DNA from: an uncultured virus (IMG/VR IMGVR_UViG_3300046692_000582)
Lineage: Duplodnaviria > Heunggongvirae > Uroviricota > Caudoviricetes
IMG/VR virus record: IMGVR_UViG_3300046692_000582
Strand: one strand, 5' to 3'
DNA length: 64,000 nucleotides
The stretch's first letter is position 1, and the number at the start of each line of letters is the position of its first letter. A program made the translations under genes and the position numbers. Of the stretch, positions 9,072-19,344 are shown one piece after another. The notes under the pieces were generated by a model that did no database searches, was not told the origin of the DNA, and was given only the letters and a program-made list of their open reading frames with translations.

Positions 9072-9476
9072 TTATTCTTGCAGGAATCTGGCGAGGTTGG
9101 CGGCTGCGATCCAGTCGGCATAAGCGAACTGGCGTTCGGTGGGTGCGTGTTCAACCTGAGCCCAGCCGTTGTTGTGATCAAACTTGTATTTCTGAGTCGC
9201 ACAGGTCATGCGATTGTCCAGCCAGTTCAGCACAGCTTCACGGTTGAAACGGCCTTCGCGTGGAATGACTCCATCGTTCAGGTCGAATGACAAGTCTTTG
9301 GTCAGGCTCATCCAGGCATAGTCGAGCTTGATGGGCATTGTCTTGTTCTTGACTTGGCTGGTGCCATTATCAGTGTCAAAGCCATGCTTTTTCACCATGG
9401 CTGCAACATAGTCATCGCAGTAGCTGATCAGGACTTTTTTGCCGAACCGTGCGCGATTGAACATAGTTGAACTCAT
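9072..9476 (-). CDS. hypothetical protein with internal duplication (paralog of 24688-25089)
   Basis: Two F.....G..QV....(LD/FA)YA units; promoter TTGACA-17-TATAAT at 9508-9536. Confidence 0.75.
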   Translation of the reverse strand: MSSTMFNRARFGKKVLISYCDDYVAAMVKKHGFDTDNGTSQVKNKTMPIKLDYAWMSLTKDLSFDLNDGVIPREGRFNREAVLNWLDNRMTCATQKYKFDHNNGWAQVEHAPTERQFAYADWIAAANLARFLQE

Positions 9477-9507
9477 TGTGCTGTTCCTAGCCTTTGAATA
9501 TGGATCA

Positions 9508-9547
9508 ATTATAGAGACGAAGAAGATGCGTGTCAATCAAATTGACA
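9508..9547 (-). promoter_or_regulatory. consensus sigma70 promoter with operator TGTCAatcaaatTGACA (9531-9547)
   Basis: TTGACA-17-TATAAT on the minus strand. Confidence 0.85.
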
Positions 9548-9674
9548 TCATTTGACGTGACTTTTTCTTCGGATGAGTCGGCACGTGAAGGGAAACAAAT
9601 GCCGGATTTCAGTGTAATTGTACGAAACAAAAAGGCGGTCTCTCATGAGATCCGCCTTTTTAACTCACACAGAA

Positions 9675-11258
9675 TCAGTCGAGGTAGGTGGCAACCACCT
9701 TCAGGCCGCGTGATTGTGAAAGATCAGCGTTGCCAACATTGCTTGAAAAGCAGAATCCGTGTCCCGCCTGCACAATTGTGGTGATGGTTGTGTCGATGGC
9801 ACAGTCGATGTACCGACCACTCCATCCTTGTGCACTACCCACCTCGATACCATCAACGTATAGGAAGGTGTTACCAGCACCAGTGGCTGTGATCAGGGAA
9901 GTTCTGGTCATGGTTTGGCAGTAGCTGTGCGATAGGTTGTCGCCAAAGTGCACCAAGGTAACCGGAGTCGAGGGAGAAATACTGCCCGAGCTTCTCCACA
10001 CGTTTGCTTGGCAAGACAATGTTTTACCGTTGCCATCACGCGCCAATGCACCAATCGTTGGGCAAAAAGTTCCCTCGCCCACGACGTTTCCTAGGTAAGC
10101 TCCGCCATACATATTGGTGCTGCCAGCCACGTTCAGGTTGGAGTACATGTTGGCCACGCCATTGACGTTAACTTGTCCATTGAGACTCAATGCACCTCCT
10201 TCTCCAGTAATCGCGGCGCTGGTGATGGTGTGCAGTTTAGAGTCTCCATTTGGATCGGCAAAATAGGCCGCGTTGTCTCTATCAACGAACCTTGAGGCTG
10301 TTACTGAGCCGCCAACCACCACATTATTGGTCACATTAATGTTTTCTGCGTTAACGATATTGAACCGGCTTTGGCTACCAGGGTCGACATAAAAGTTGGC
10401 ATTATTCCGGTCAACCATGCGGTCGGCGTACAGCGTTCCCATAATTTCAGCGTCACTGTCGACCACCACGCCATCATTCAGAAACGTTGGCAGTGCGCCA
10501 GTTTTGTTGCCTAGTGTCAAATATGGACCTTCAATATTAAATAGTTTTGAGACGTTCCAAATTTCCCGATTTGCATCTGGGTTCCCCGATTTAAATTTCA
10601 AATTATTATTCATGGTATTGCTACCATCTGTTCTCAACCATGTGTCGTCAGAGGCATCGTTGGACGTGAACATGAGAATTCGTCCAAGATGGCCCTGGCA
10701 CTGTGTGACGCTCTCAGTGATACAGAATCGTGCTGTTCCGTCCGTGGTGCGAATGGTCGGGGTAAAGTTCAGTTGTGAAGCACTACCAGCCACAATTGCA
10801 GCCAAACCTGCCAAATCACCACGCTGCTTCTTGGCTATTTTCAGCTCAGACATGGTGGTTCTTGTATTCATGATGTTGGGCGCTGAAGACGTAATTTCAG
10901 TCGTAAACGACAACCGACCATAAGTCGTTAGTTGATTGGTGTCTTGCAGGAATGTGCATGGAACAAAGCCGTCATTGGCCACATCTTTTGGAATGGTGCC
11001 TCCACAGGAAGTGGATTTCAGCCAATCGACACCTACCTTCGTTCCTAAGTGGGAGGCATACGTAGCCTCTCCGGCATAGTGAGACACATAATCTCTAACG
11101 CCATTGTTGAACTTTAAAAGTTCACCTCCTAAGGCACGGGCTTTTTCTTGGTCTGATCTTAACGTCGACTCTTGAAATCCAATCATGGCGATAACCACGG
11201 AAATCACGGCAACCATCATAATTTCAAGTAATGTGAAGCCCTTCTGTTGTTTTTTCAT
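9675..11258 (-). CDS. pilV: PilV-like type IV pilus tip adhesin, paralog 1
   Basis: Prepilin motif KGFTLLE; LRTDGSNTM; GKTLSCQ..WR junction, then unique C-terminus. Confidence 0.75.
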   Translation of the reverse strand: MKKQQKGFTLLEIMMVAVISVVIAMIGFQESTLRSDQEKARALGGELLKFNNGVRDYVSHYAGEATYASHLGTKVGVDWLKSTSCGGTIPKDVANDGFVPCTFLQDTNQLTTYGRLSFTTEITSSAPNIMNTRTTMSELKIAKKQRGDLAGLAAIVAGSASQLNFTPTIRTTDGTARFCITESVTQCQGHLGRILMFTSNDASDDTWLRTDGSNTMNNNLKFKSGNPDANREIWNVSKLFNIEGPYLTLGNKTGALPTFLNDGVVVDSDAEIMGTLYADRMVDRNNANFYVDPGSQSRFNIVNAENINVTNNVVVGGSVTASRFVDRDNAAYFADPNGDSKLHTITSAAITGEGGALSLNGQVNVNGVANMYSNLNVAGSTNMYGGAYLGNVVGEGTFCPTIGALARDGNGKTLSCQANVWRSSGSISPSTPVTLVHFGDNLSHSYCQTMTRTSLITATGAGNTFLYVDGIEVGSAQGWSGRYIDCAIDTTITTIVQAGHGFCFSSNVGNADLSQSRGLKVVATYLD

Positions 11259-11619
11259 TGAGGTTAACCAACTTTTATTATTATGTGCTTGTAGGCATCG
11301 GACCATTTATCATTGCTTATAATAGCACTTGAAGGAGGCTTATCGATACATATTATTCGATTAAAGAATCGTAATATTTTGAGATTGTAACTGTAGTTCT
11401 ATTCGGTGGCTGGCAGCTCACCGGATCATAAGGGTTGGTGGGTCAAGCATATTTATTTCATGGCTTATTGTACGCGTAACTGCTGTTGACGAAATGGTAT
11501 TCTATTGATGATTGTTTTTCACAGAAGACTCCCACACAGGATTGGCAATGTTATTAGAAGCTGGCGCATAATAAATCTGTTCCCGCGCCATAATAATCCC
11601 CTCATTGGATTGGTAATTC

Positions 11620-13128
11620 TTAGTCAAGACACATTGCTGACAGATCCATTGTAAGTCCGTAGCCATTATAGAACGCCTGATAACTGTACTTGCCTTCGTC
11701 GTCGGGACCAGCTGTGCGATAAACGACACCGTGTGGCTGTGCTCCCGCAATTCTTGAAATGGCGCAATAGGTGTGTGTGCCTATATCGACTCTGCCTGAT
11801 CCTGGGTTAGAGTTAACCACAACGTATTCCGTTGAATAGAGCTTTGGCGCCGCAGATCTCCAAATCCAAGATTGGCAAGAAAGGGTTTTCCCTAACGAAT
11901 CTCGTCCAATATCGCCTATCTGCGCACATGCTGAGCCTTCTGACACTACATTGCCTAAATAGGCGCCGCCATACAGGCTGGATTTTCCACCAACATTAAG
12001 GTTGGAGTTAATAGTTGTATTGCCATTCACAGTAACCTGGGCGTTGAGAGCCAGCGCTCCACCCTCTCCAGTGATCACGCTGCTGGTAATAGTGTGCAGT
12101 TTTGAGTCGCCATTAGGATCAGCGAAATACGCTGCGTTGTCACCATCAACGAACCGTTTTGCTGTCACGGTGCCGCCAGCCACAACATTGTTGGTCACGT
12201 TAACGCTTTCGGCATTGACGACGTTAAATCGGCTCTGGTTACTTGGATCGACGTAGTAATTTGAATTATTGCGGTCAACCATTCTGTCGGCGTAGAGGGT
12301 TCCCATAATTTCAGCGTCACTGTCAACGACCACGCCATCATTCAGAAATGTTGGTAGAGCACTGGTTTTGTTTCCCAGTGTCAGGTAGGGCCCCTCAATG
12401 TTGAATAGTTTGGAGACATTCCATATCTCCCTATTTTGATCCGAATTTCCGGGTTTGAATCTCAAATTATTATTCATTGTATTACTGCCATCCGTTCTCA
12501 ACCACGTATCGTCAGAGGCATCGTTGGAGGTAAACATAATAATGCGTCCAAGGCTGCCCTTGCATTGCAGAACACTTTCCGTAATGCAAAATCTCGCTGT
12601 TCCATCTGTACTACGAATGGTTGGAGTAAAATTTAGTTGTGAGGCACTGCCTGCCACAATAGCAGCTAGACCGGCCAAATCACCACGAGGTTTTTTAACG
12701 ATTTTCAATTCCGACATCGTCGTTTTGGTATTCATGATGTTTGGAGCTGAAGATGTTATTTCAGTAGTAAATGACAATCGACCGTAGGTGGTTAACTGAT
12801 TAGTGTCTTGCAAAAACGTACACGGAACAAAGCCGTCATGGGCAACATCTGTTGGGATTGTGCCACCGCATGAGGTCGATTTTAACCAATCAACACCGAC
12901 CTTAGTTCCAAGATGGGATGCATATGAAGATTCTCCAGCATAATGTGAGACGTAATCTCTAACGCCATTATTGAATTTCAATAATTCTCCACCAAGCGAG
13001 CGCGCTCTTTCTTGCTCCGATTTGATTGTCGCCTCTTGAAAGCCAATCATTGCAATAACGACTGCGATGGCGGAAACCATCGTAATTTCAAGTAGGGTAA
13101 ATCCTTTTTGTTTTTGTTGTTTTTTCAT
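11620..13128 (-). CDS. pilV: PilV-like type IV pilus tip adhesin, paralog 2
   Basis: KGFTLLE; N-terminal body near-identical to paralog 1; different C-terminus. Confidence 0.75.
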   Translation of the reverse strand: MKKQQKQKGFTLLEITMVSAIAVVIAMIGFQEATIKSEQERARSLGGELLKFNNGVRDYVSHYAGESSYASHLGTKVGVDWLKSTSCGGTIPTDVAHDGFVPCTFLQDTNQLTTYGRLSFTTEITSSAPNIMNTKTTMSELKIVKKPRGDLAGLAAIVAGSASQLNFTPTIRSTDGTARFCITESVLQCKGSLGRIIMFTSNDASDDTWLRTDGSNTMNNNLRFKPGNSDQNREIWNVSKLFNIEGPYLTLGNKTSALPTFLNDGVVVDSDAEIMGTLYADRMVDRNNSNYYVDPSNQSRFNVVNAESVNVTNNVVAGGTVTAKRFVDGDNAAYFADPNGDSKLHTITSSVITGEGGALALNAQVTVNGNTTINSNLNVGGKSSLYGGAYLGNVVSEGSACAQIGDIGRDSLGKTLSCQSWIWRSAAPKLYSTEYVVVNSNPGSGRVDIGTHTYCAISRIAGAQPHGVVYRTAGPDDEGKYSYQAFYNGYGLTMDLSAMCLD

Positions 13129-13436
13129 CAGGTTAATCCCAACCTTGCCTTGTGTGGTGTTTTTACAGCAAGCTTCCCCGAACTATAAGCGTCATTACAA
13201 AAAGCATAGCAACGTCAAATTCAGCTTAAGCAAAACAAATCACATACCTTTGTCATCTTAAAATAAATACTACTCATGATCATTCTTATAATGACACATA
13301 TATATGCTTTAATAAATAGCAAATTCAAAACACCAGTGTTGCCAAGTACCCGGTTCCTTCGCAGTTTGGCGAAAATCCAACTGTTATGCCAGAAGGACTA
13401 TCTCCGCTGTTAGCTGTCCGCATACAGGATTGGCAA

Positions 13437-14942
13437 TTAATTAAACTTCGCACAAAGAGTTGATGTCCAGTTACCTGTGCTATAGAAACCACTCAGATTT
13501 TTTCCTGAAGTTCGACCGGCACCTCCACCTGAGTCCATGTCCCAGCCACCAATTGCGCGCCATTCACCTGGCGCGGATCCAGAGCAGCGCGCAGTGCAAT
13601 CCGCATCAGTACCTACTGTGTTACCAGTTCCAATGTTGCATAAATCACTTATTCCTCCGCCTCCATTAGCGCGCCACACGCCGGATTGGCAAGAAAGTGT
13701 TTTTCCTGTCCCGTCTCGGCCAATATCACCTATCTGTGAGCAGCCAGTCCCTTCGGTCACGACATTGCCCACGTAAGCGCCACCGAACAAATTGGTCTTT
13801 CCGCCTACGTTAAGGTTAGACGTGACGGTTCCATCACCATTAACGGTAACCCTGGCATTCACAGACAAGGATCCGCCTTCGCCAGTGATGGTGCTGCTGG
13901 TGATCGTGTGAAGCTTGGAGTCCGCATTGGGATCAACAAAATACGCAGGATTGTCGCCATCGATGAATTGCTTGGCGGTTATCTTGCCTCCTACAACCGC
14001 GTTATTTGTTACATTGAGGTTGTCGGCATTTACCGTGTTAAACCGGCTTTGGTTGCTGGGGTCGACATAATAGTTCGCATTTTTTCGATCCACTATTTTA
14101 TCGGTGTACAAGGTGCCCATGATCTCAGCATCGCTGTCGACGACTACGCCTGCATTCAGGAACGTCGGCAGGGCGCCCGTTGCATTGCCCAGCGTTAGAT
14201 AGTCGCCATCAATATTAAATAACCTTGAGACGTTCCAGATTTCTCGGCTCTCATCGGGGCTGCCTGATTTGAACCTGATCCTGTTGTTCATGGTATTGCT
14301 GCCATCCGTCCTCAGCCACGTATCATTGGAGGCGTCATTGGAGGTAAACATCAAGATCCTCCCCAGGCTGCCCTGACACAGCGTTGTGGTCTCCGTAATG
14401 CAGAACATTGCCGTACCATCAGTTGTCCGTACTGTGGGCGTGAAGCTCAGTTGAGAGGCGCTGCCAGCCACAATGGCTGCCAGTCCGGCTAAATCACCAC
14501 GGGCTTTTTTCACAATCTTTAATTCAGACATGGTGGTCTTGGTATTTATCACATGGGCTGCTGGTGAGGTTATTTCTGTCGTAAAGGACAATCGGCCATA
14601 GGTGGTCAACTCCTTGGTGTCTTTTAAAAAGCTGCATGGGAGAAAGCCGTTAGATTCACTTTGCGGAATGTCTCCTCCGCAAGACTGTGACTTCAGCCAG
14701 TTAACGCCTGTTTTAACCCCAAGCTTGGATGAATACGCAGTGTCCCCGGCATATTGCGAAACATAATCGCGAACGGCATTGTTGTACTTTAAAAGTTCGC
14801 CACCCAGCGACCTAGCTTTTTGCTGCTCCGATTGAATTGTTGATTCTTGAAAGCCGATCATGGCCATAACCACAGCCACAGTCGCAACCATCATTATTTC
14901 AAGTAACGTATATCCGTTCTTCTTATTATTATTGATTTTCAT
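13437..14942 (-). CDS. pilV: PilV-like type IV pilus tip adhesin, paralog 3
   Basis: NGYTLLE; LSCQSGVWR junction typical of shufflon PilV; Cys/Gly-rich tip. Confidence 0.75.
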   Translation of the reverse strand: MKINNNKKNGYTLLEIMMVATVAVVMAMIGFQESTIQSEQQKARSLGGELLKYNNAVRDYVSQYAGDTAYSSKLGVKTGVNWLKSQSCGGDIPQSESNGFLPCSFLKDTKELTTYGRLSFTTEITSPAAHVINTKTTMSELKIVKKARGDLAGLAAIVAGSASQLSFTPTVRTTDGTAMFCITETTTLCQGSLGRILMFTSNDASNDTWLRTDGSNTMNNRIRFKSGSPDESREIWNVSRLFNIDGDYLTLGNATGALPTFLNAGVVVDSDAEIMGTLYTDKIVDRKNANYYVDPSNQSRFNTVNADNLNVTNNAVVGGKITAKQFIDGDNPAYFVDPNADSKLHTITSSTITGEGGSLSVNARVTVNGDGTVTSNLNVGGKTNLFGGAYVGNVVTEGTGCSQIGDIGRDGTGKTLSCQSGVWRANGGGGISDLCNIGTGNTVGTDADCTARCSGSAPGEWRAIGGWDMDSGGGAGRTSGKNLSGFYSTGNWTSTLCAKFN

Positions 14943-15249
14943 TTAAGCGATCCATCAGAGTTTACTCAACATAATATCATTATTAATCAATTTTAATAAT
15001 TCAATGTCCCGGATGGAGGGTGCTGCTTTGAGCCGAATTTGACAATAATATAAGTATGACTATAAACGTGATGCTTTATGTCGTCGCAATTAAAAACACA
15101 TAACAGAAAAATTCCTTGTGATTCTTCCTATTTCTGTGGGATTGATAGTCGCTGTAACTGGACTGTTTGCTGTGGTACGGGGGGAGTTGAGTTCTGTTCG
15201 ACAAAAACAGGGTGATCAGCTGAGTCATCTAACTCATCCAAGCACTGTT

Positions 15250-15280
15250 AAAAAGCCGCTTATAAGCGGCTTTTTGTTTG
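15250..15280. terminator. bidirectional intrinsic terminator
   Basis: AAAAAGCCGCTT-at-AAGCGGCTTTTT. Confidence 0.75.
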
Positions 15281-15376
15281 CATGCAAGAGGGTTCAAGCT
15301 GTTTGGGATTCTTTGATGGCCTGAGCTTTGGCAACCTTCCACTGAGTCATGAAATACGGCTTGTCGGTGCGAGGGA

Positions 15377-15562
15377 TCATGAAAAAGAAGGCGACCTCTC
15401 CTTCTTCTTCGCCTCTTCCACGTATTCACAGGAGTTAAAGTCTGTACGCAGAATCTTATCCGCCAGTCTGACGACCGCCTCTTTGCCCTCAATGGCCATC
15501 ATGACCATTCCGTGCTTGATATCAGCTTCGCCTTTTTTGACTTCAAATGCCTTCATGGACAT
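15377..15562 (-). CDS. small hypothetical protein
   Basis: Upstream promoter/operator at 15594-15634. Confidence 0.5.
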   Translation of the reverse strand: MSMKAFEVKKGEADIKHGMVMMAIEGKEAVVRLADKILRTDFNSCEYVEEAKKKERSPSFS

Positions 15563-15660
15563 TGCACCTGCGGATCGCTATGAGTGTGTGATTATTGTAG
15601 CGCTCTCACGGTTTAACTGTCAATGTGAATGACAGTTAAGTGGCGCAATTTAGGTGTGAA

Positions 15661-16203
15661 TTATTCTTTTTTATCTGCATAGGTCATGTCGAGCCAGTCC
15701 TTATTGCAATACAGGGCTTGTTGTACGGGGGCGACGTTTTGCGGGATAAAGACCCAGGTCATGACGAGAATTTCGCTTTCGTCATTAAATTCATGTTTGG
15801 TTGGTTTTTGATCAATGCTCAATTGACTCAGCAGAAACGACATTTGCGCAAAGCTAATGGTCGACTTGGTTGTGCCGTTTAGTTTGACCTCAAGAAGTTG
15901 GCGACCCTGCTCAAACTCTGGTTCCAGTGGTTTCCAACGGTAGTTCACGTAGCGTGCTTTACTTCGTTCCATTGCGCTATTTTTATTACAGAAATCATCA
16001 AGAGTCTTCTTGGCGCTGGATACGCTGCTTTCCAGCCACGTTCCCTCGGTTTCCAGTAAAGCAAAAGGAATATTGTGAATGGCGTCGGCAAGGTTGTAGA
16101 CAGCTTGAGGGTCGCTGATTGCACTGGCGCGGATTTTGAGAATGGTGTGATGCAATACGGTTATTGCATTTTGAATCAACACTTCGCGGCTATCAATGGT
16201 CAT
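15661..16203 (-). CDS. hypothetical protein; C-terminal domain paralogous to 17041-17361
   Basis: ISFAQMSFLLSQLSID...MTWVF. Confidence 0.75.
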   Translation of the reverse strand: MTIDSREVLIQNAITVLHHTILKIRASAISDPQAVYNLADAIHNIPFALLETEGTWLESSVSSAKKTLDDFCNKNSAMERSKARYVNYRWKPLEPEFEQGRQLLEVKLNGTTKSTISFAQMSFLLSQLSIDQKPTKHEFNDESEILVMTWVFIPQNVAPVQQALYCNKDWLDMTYADKKE

Positions 16204-16333
16204 GGATTTTCATCGTCAATGGGCGCGATGATCATGACTCACGCCGTTAATATCGTATTATTATAGGCGTGAAAAAATGCAATATCAAATTAATGATATC
16301 GCACTCTATTTTCAGAAATAGTCGGTATGTCGG

Positions 16334-16918
16334 CTACAGCTCTCGCACGAACGTGGAAGGCGTATTAACCACATCGGCAGCTGCTTCCAGGGTGCTGACA
16401 TCCATCACCACATCGCTTTTCGGGAAAATGACTGGCGTGCCCTGAGCGTCCTTGAACGTCCAGCGGCAATCCTCGTCAAAGTCCACTGTTGCAACGTCTG
16501 GCGCAAAGGTTGCGACGAGCGTAAAAGCTGCTTGAACTGCGGCGTTTTGACGTGCTGCAATGCCATTGGCTTGTCTGTCTTCTTCCAGCAGTGCCTCGAA
16601 GGCACTTTTTAGCACTTGAAACTTGTAAAGGATCGGTTGAGGTATTTTGGCCTTAGCTATTTCCGCATAAGCCAGGAGTACGTCGTGAGATCCAGCTGCC
16701 TTAAACACGGTGTTGCTCATGCCGCGCATGCTCGCGGAATCTGGCATGTTTTCATGACTTACTATCCAGCCAAAAGCGGCGATGATATGACTATTGTGGG
16801 TCAACAACAGTTTTGAAAACACGGGATCCAGCTCTTCGCAGGCGTCCTTGACCTGCGCATTCAGGCGGGCCGATTCGTCTCGAAAATATGTTGTTGCGAG
16901 CTGGCTTTGAGTTTTCAT
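16334..16918 (-). CDS. hypothetical protein
   Basis: AGGAG RBS and own promoter (16943-16981). Confidence 0.8.
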   Translation of the reverse strand: MKTQSQLATTYFRDESARLNAQVKDACEELDPVFSKLLLTHNSHIIAAFGWIVSHENMPDSASMRGMSNTVFKAAGSHDVLLAYAEIAKAKIPQPILYKFQVLKSAFEALLEEDRQANGIAARQNAAVQAAFTLVATFAPDVATVDFDEDCRWTFKDAQGTPVIFPKSDVVMDVSTLEAAADVVNTPSTFVREL

Positions 16919-17040
16919 GCAGATCTCCTAAGTGATGCCTTCATTCTACTTATTTTTGTACAAGCGTCAATACAAATAACACTACTAATGATGAGCTACA
17001 TTATTTGTTCAAGTTGAACACCTATTTGCATTGCCAGATT

Positions 17041-17361
17041 TTACGCTTGTGACGCAGTTGGCTGGATTTCCTCCAGTGGCGACCATTTTGGTCCGTACCA
17101 ATCGCCAGGGGTCGCCCATCGTTCTGCAAGCGCGGCAATGATCGGTGCATGAGCCTCTGAGAACTCCCAAGTCATGATGTTCATCCTGTCGCCGGGCTGT
17201 ACTACTCGCGTATGGATGCCGTTGAGACTCATCTGATTGAGCAGGAAGACCATCTTGCCAAAGCCAATCGATTCTACTGAGATCCAGTCAGCATGAACTT
17301 TAAGAGTTCTAGGGCAGGCGGTGCCAGGATCGGGAGACCAATGAAAATGAACAACGGGCAT
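17041..17361 (-). CDS. hypothetical protein (paralog of the C-terminus of 15661-16203)
   Basis: IGFGKMVFLLNQMSLN...MTWEF. Confidence 0.7.
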   Translation of the reverse strand: MPVVHFHWSPDPGTACPRTLKVHADWISVESIGFGKMVFLLNQMSLNGIHTRVVQPGDRMNIMTWEFSEAHAPIIAALAERWATPGDWYGPKWSPLEEIQPTASQA

Positions 17362-17416
17362 GATGAGGAATCCTTGAGGGTGTGCGTGCGGCCTGGATTG
17401 ACCGCACAGTCAGTGA

Positions 17417-17908
17417 TTACTGCTTGGGCATGCTGTCAATAAACTGATGGCACTTTTCCTTTCCCATCATCGCCTCACATTGATTGATGGCCTCAGCGGC
17501 TCTTTTGGCGTCTTGCTCGGCAGTCGCCGCCAAAATTTCATTCATTGAAACCATTGGGCGATCAATTGCAAACTTGGTGCCCTTTTCGATGGGCAGTTTG
17601 CCAATATGAAAGCCAGTCGGGATTCGAGGTCGGAGTTCGGTTTTCATGTCGCCACAGGCGATGGTCTCGATGCGAATGTAACGATCTGCTCTCTGAATAA
17701 CTTCTTCGCTGGCGATTTTCAGCGATTCGAATGGCAACAAGGTGCCCGTAATTCGGCATTGCTGTGGAATCTGATTGAACACGACGACATTGGAGTTCCT
17801 GTCGATAGTGTCTGAGCTGTAAATCGATATCTGTTCAGGCGTGCCTACATCAGCGAATGAATTCATTGAGGCCAACAGGATTGGGAGTGACAGAAAGAGT
17901 TTTTTCAA
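17417..17908 (-). CDS. exported hypothetical protein
   Basis: Signal peptide MKKLFLSLPILLASMNSFA. Confidence 0.75.
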   Translation of the reverse strand: MKKLFLSLPILLASMNSFADVGTPEQISIYSSDTIDRNSNVVVFNQIPQQCRITGTLLPFESLKIASEEVIQRADRYIRIETIACGDMKTELRPRIPTGFHIGKLPIEKGTKFAIDRPMVSMNEILAATAEQDAKRAAEAINQCEAMMGKEKCHQFIDSMPKQ

Positions 17909-18129
17909 TGGAAACTACCGTAGGTTATTTGCGAGTAATAATAGGTAAACAGATTCACTTTGTCAATGTGCCTGTCAGAAGCATCGTTGCAAAAATAATT
18001 TAATAACGATGAAATTGACATTGACACCACTACCTTCCAAGGGTATTATTTGTCATGTCAGCTTCATGACAGTCCTTTCAGGTTGGACGATACAGCTCGC
18101 TTTAATACTGACCATGAAAGGATATATTT

Positions 18130-18543
18130 ATGAACAAAGATCAATGTGTTGCATGCGGTTTTATCGGCACTGTGGCCTTTACCAATCGCACCTTCACCAT
18201 CAAGGTGAAGCACCTTAGTCGTGACGTCCATGGGATTAACGGTGTGGAGTGTCCCAAGTGCGATGAGGTTGTTTATCCAAACTCGGGTGAGGACGACAGT
18301 GTGGACCGTTACATTGAGGTGCAGGATGGCCTCGTTCACCAGTATCGTGGTGAAGAATTTCGTCGGATTCGGCAAAAATTGAATTTGACGCAATTGCAGG
18401 TTGTCCAGGCATTTGCAGGTGGCGGGCACAATTCAGTGTCTCGTTATGAAAAAGGCATTACCCCAATCCCCTCACCACTGTGGGTTTTGATTCGATTGTT
18501 GGATCGTAAACCTGAATTGCTGGCGGAATTGATGCCCTCCTAG
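18130..18543 (+). CDS. MqsA-family zinc-ribbon + XRE HTH protein (orphan antitoxin/regulator)
   Basis: CVAC...ECPKCDE zinc motif; RRIRQKLNLTQ...SRYEKG HTH; promoter TTGACA(18021)-17-TATTAT(18044); terminator 18551-18588. Confidence 0.85.
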   Translation: MNKDQCVACGFIGTVAFTNRTFTIKVKHLSRDVHGINGVECPKCDEVVYPNSGEDDSVDRYIEVQDGLVHQYRGEEFRRIRQKLNLTQLQVVQAFAGGGHNSVSRYEKGITPIPSPLWVLIRLLDRKPELLAELMPS

Positions 18544-18601
18544 GGCAAATAAAAACCGGCTGGTGGTTATCCCTCAGCCGGTTTTTTATCGTGCTTTTTA
18601 C

Positions 18602-18919
18602 TCAAGCATGCTGCTCGCCAGTTGCTTCTGGCGCTTGTGCAATGTTCAATTCATATACATCATCCCCATACTCACGCGAGTAGGTGGCCGGAAAGGCGCC
18701 TTGACAGGACTCATCCACGATGTTGTACCAGCAGGAATGCTCGCCATCGTTCGCTGGCGTTTTCTTGACCCAGTGTTGAGTAGGCGTACTCAGGTATGCT
18801 CGCTCGCCATACTCGCGCAAAGCCTTCATGAACTCATGAGGGTCGTGATGGCCCTTGCTCATGTAAATCAGTTCGTTATCGGTGTGAACTGCTTCAATCT
18901 TTAGTGGGTAGTTTTTCAT
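18602..18919 (-). CDS. hypothetical protein
   Basis: AAGGA RBS; SKGHHD motif. Confidence 0.75.
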   Translation of the reverse strand: MKNYPLKIEAVHTDNELIYMSKGHHDPHEFMKALREYGERAYLSTPTQHWVKKTPANDGEHSCWYNIVDESCQGAFPATYSREYGDDVYELNIAQAPEATGEQHA

Positions 18920-19032
18920 TCAACTAATCCTTTTTCAATCGCGGGTTCGTCCTTGCCACGCTGGATCTTCAACGTGGTCAAGTTCAATGATACCTCATTA
19001 CCCGCGACCCAGCATTCGCTGGAATTGCCCAG

Positions 19033-19278
19033 TCATTCCGTCTCCTGGGTTTCAATAGTCAGCATCACGCGAAGGTCCAGATACCGCGATTTACCCTTGT
19101 TGAGTTTTTTGAATTCGTCCGAGCCCTTGAATTTCGCACAGGCCAAATCAAAGGCCAGCTTGTTCTGCGCTTCACCAACGCTCACGTCGGGCATGTCAGC
19201 GCTGACAAATCCGTCCCCTACGCACACGCCACTGTCGGTGTAGAGCTTTACGGTGACGCCACTATAGTTTAGTCCCAT
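19033..19278 (-). CDS. hypothetical protein
   Basis: AGGA RBS before MGLNYS. Confidence 0.6.
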   Translation of the reverse strand: MGLNYSGVTVKLYTDSGVCVGDGFVSADMPDVSVGEAQNKLAFDLACAKFKGSDEFKKLNKGKSRYLDLRVMLTIETQETE

Positions 19279-19344
19279 GGTCTTGATTCCTGTTTGGTTA
19301 GAGTGAGGTATGGCGCGCACGCAAGTCTCGCATGCCTCACTGGA

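Noticed and set aside
9675..14942. Active Rci-type inversion shufflon
   Set aside because: No recombinase gene and no convincing inverted sfx pair; all clear sites are in direct orientation
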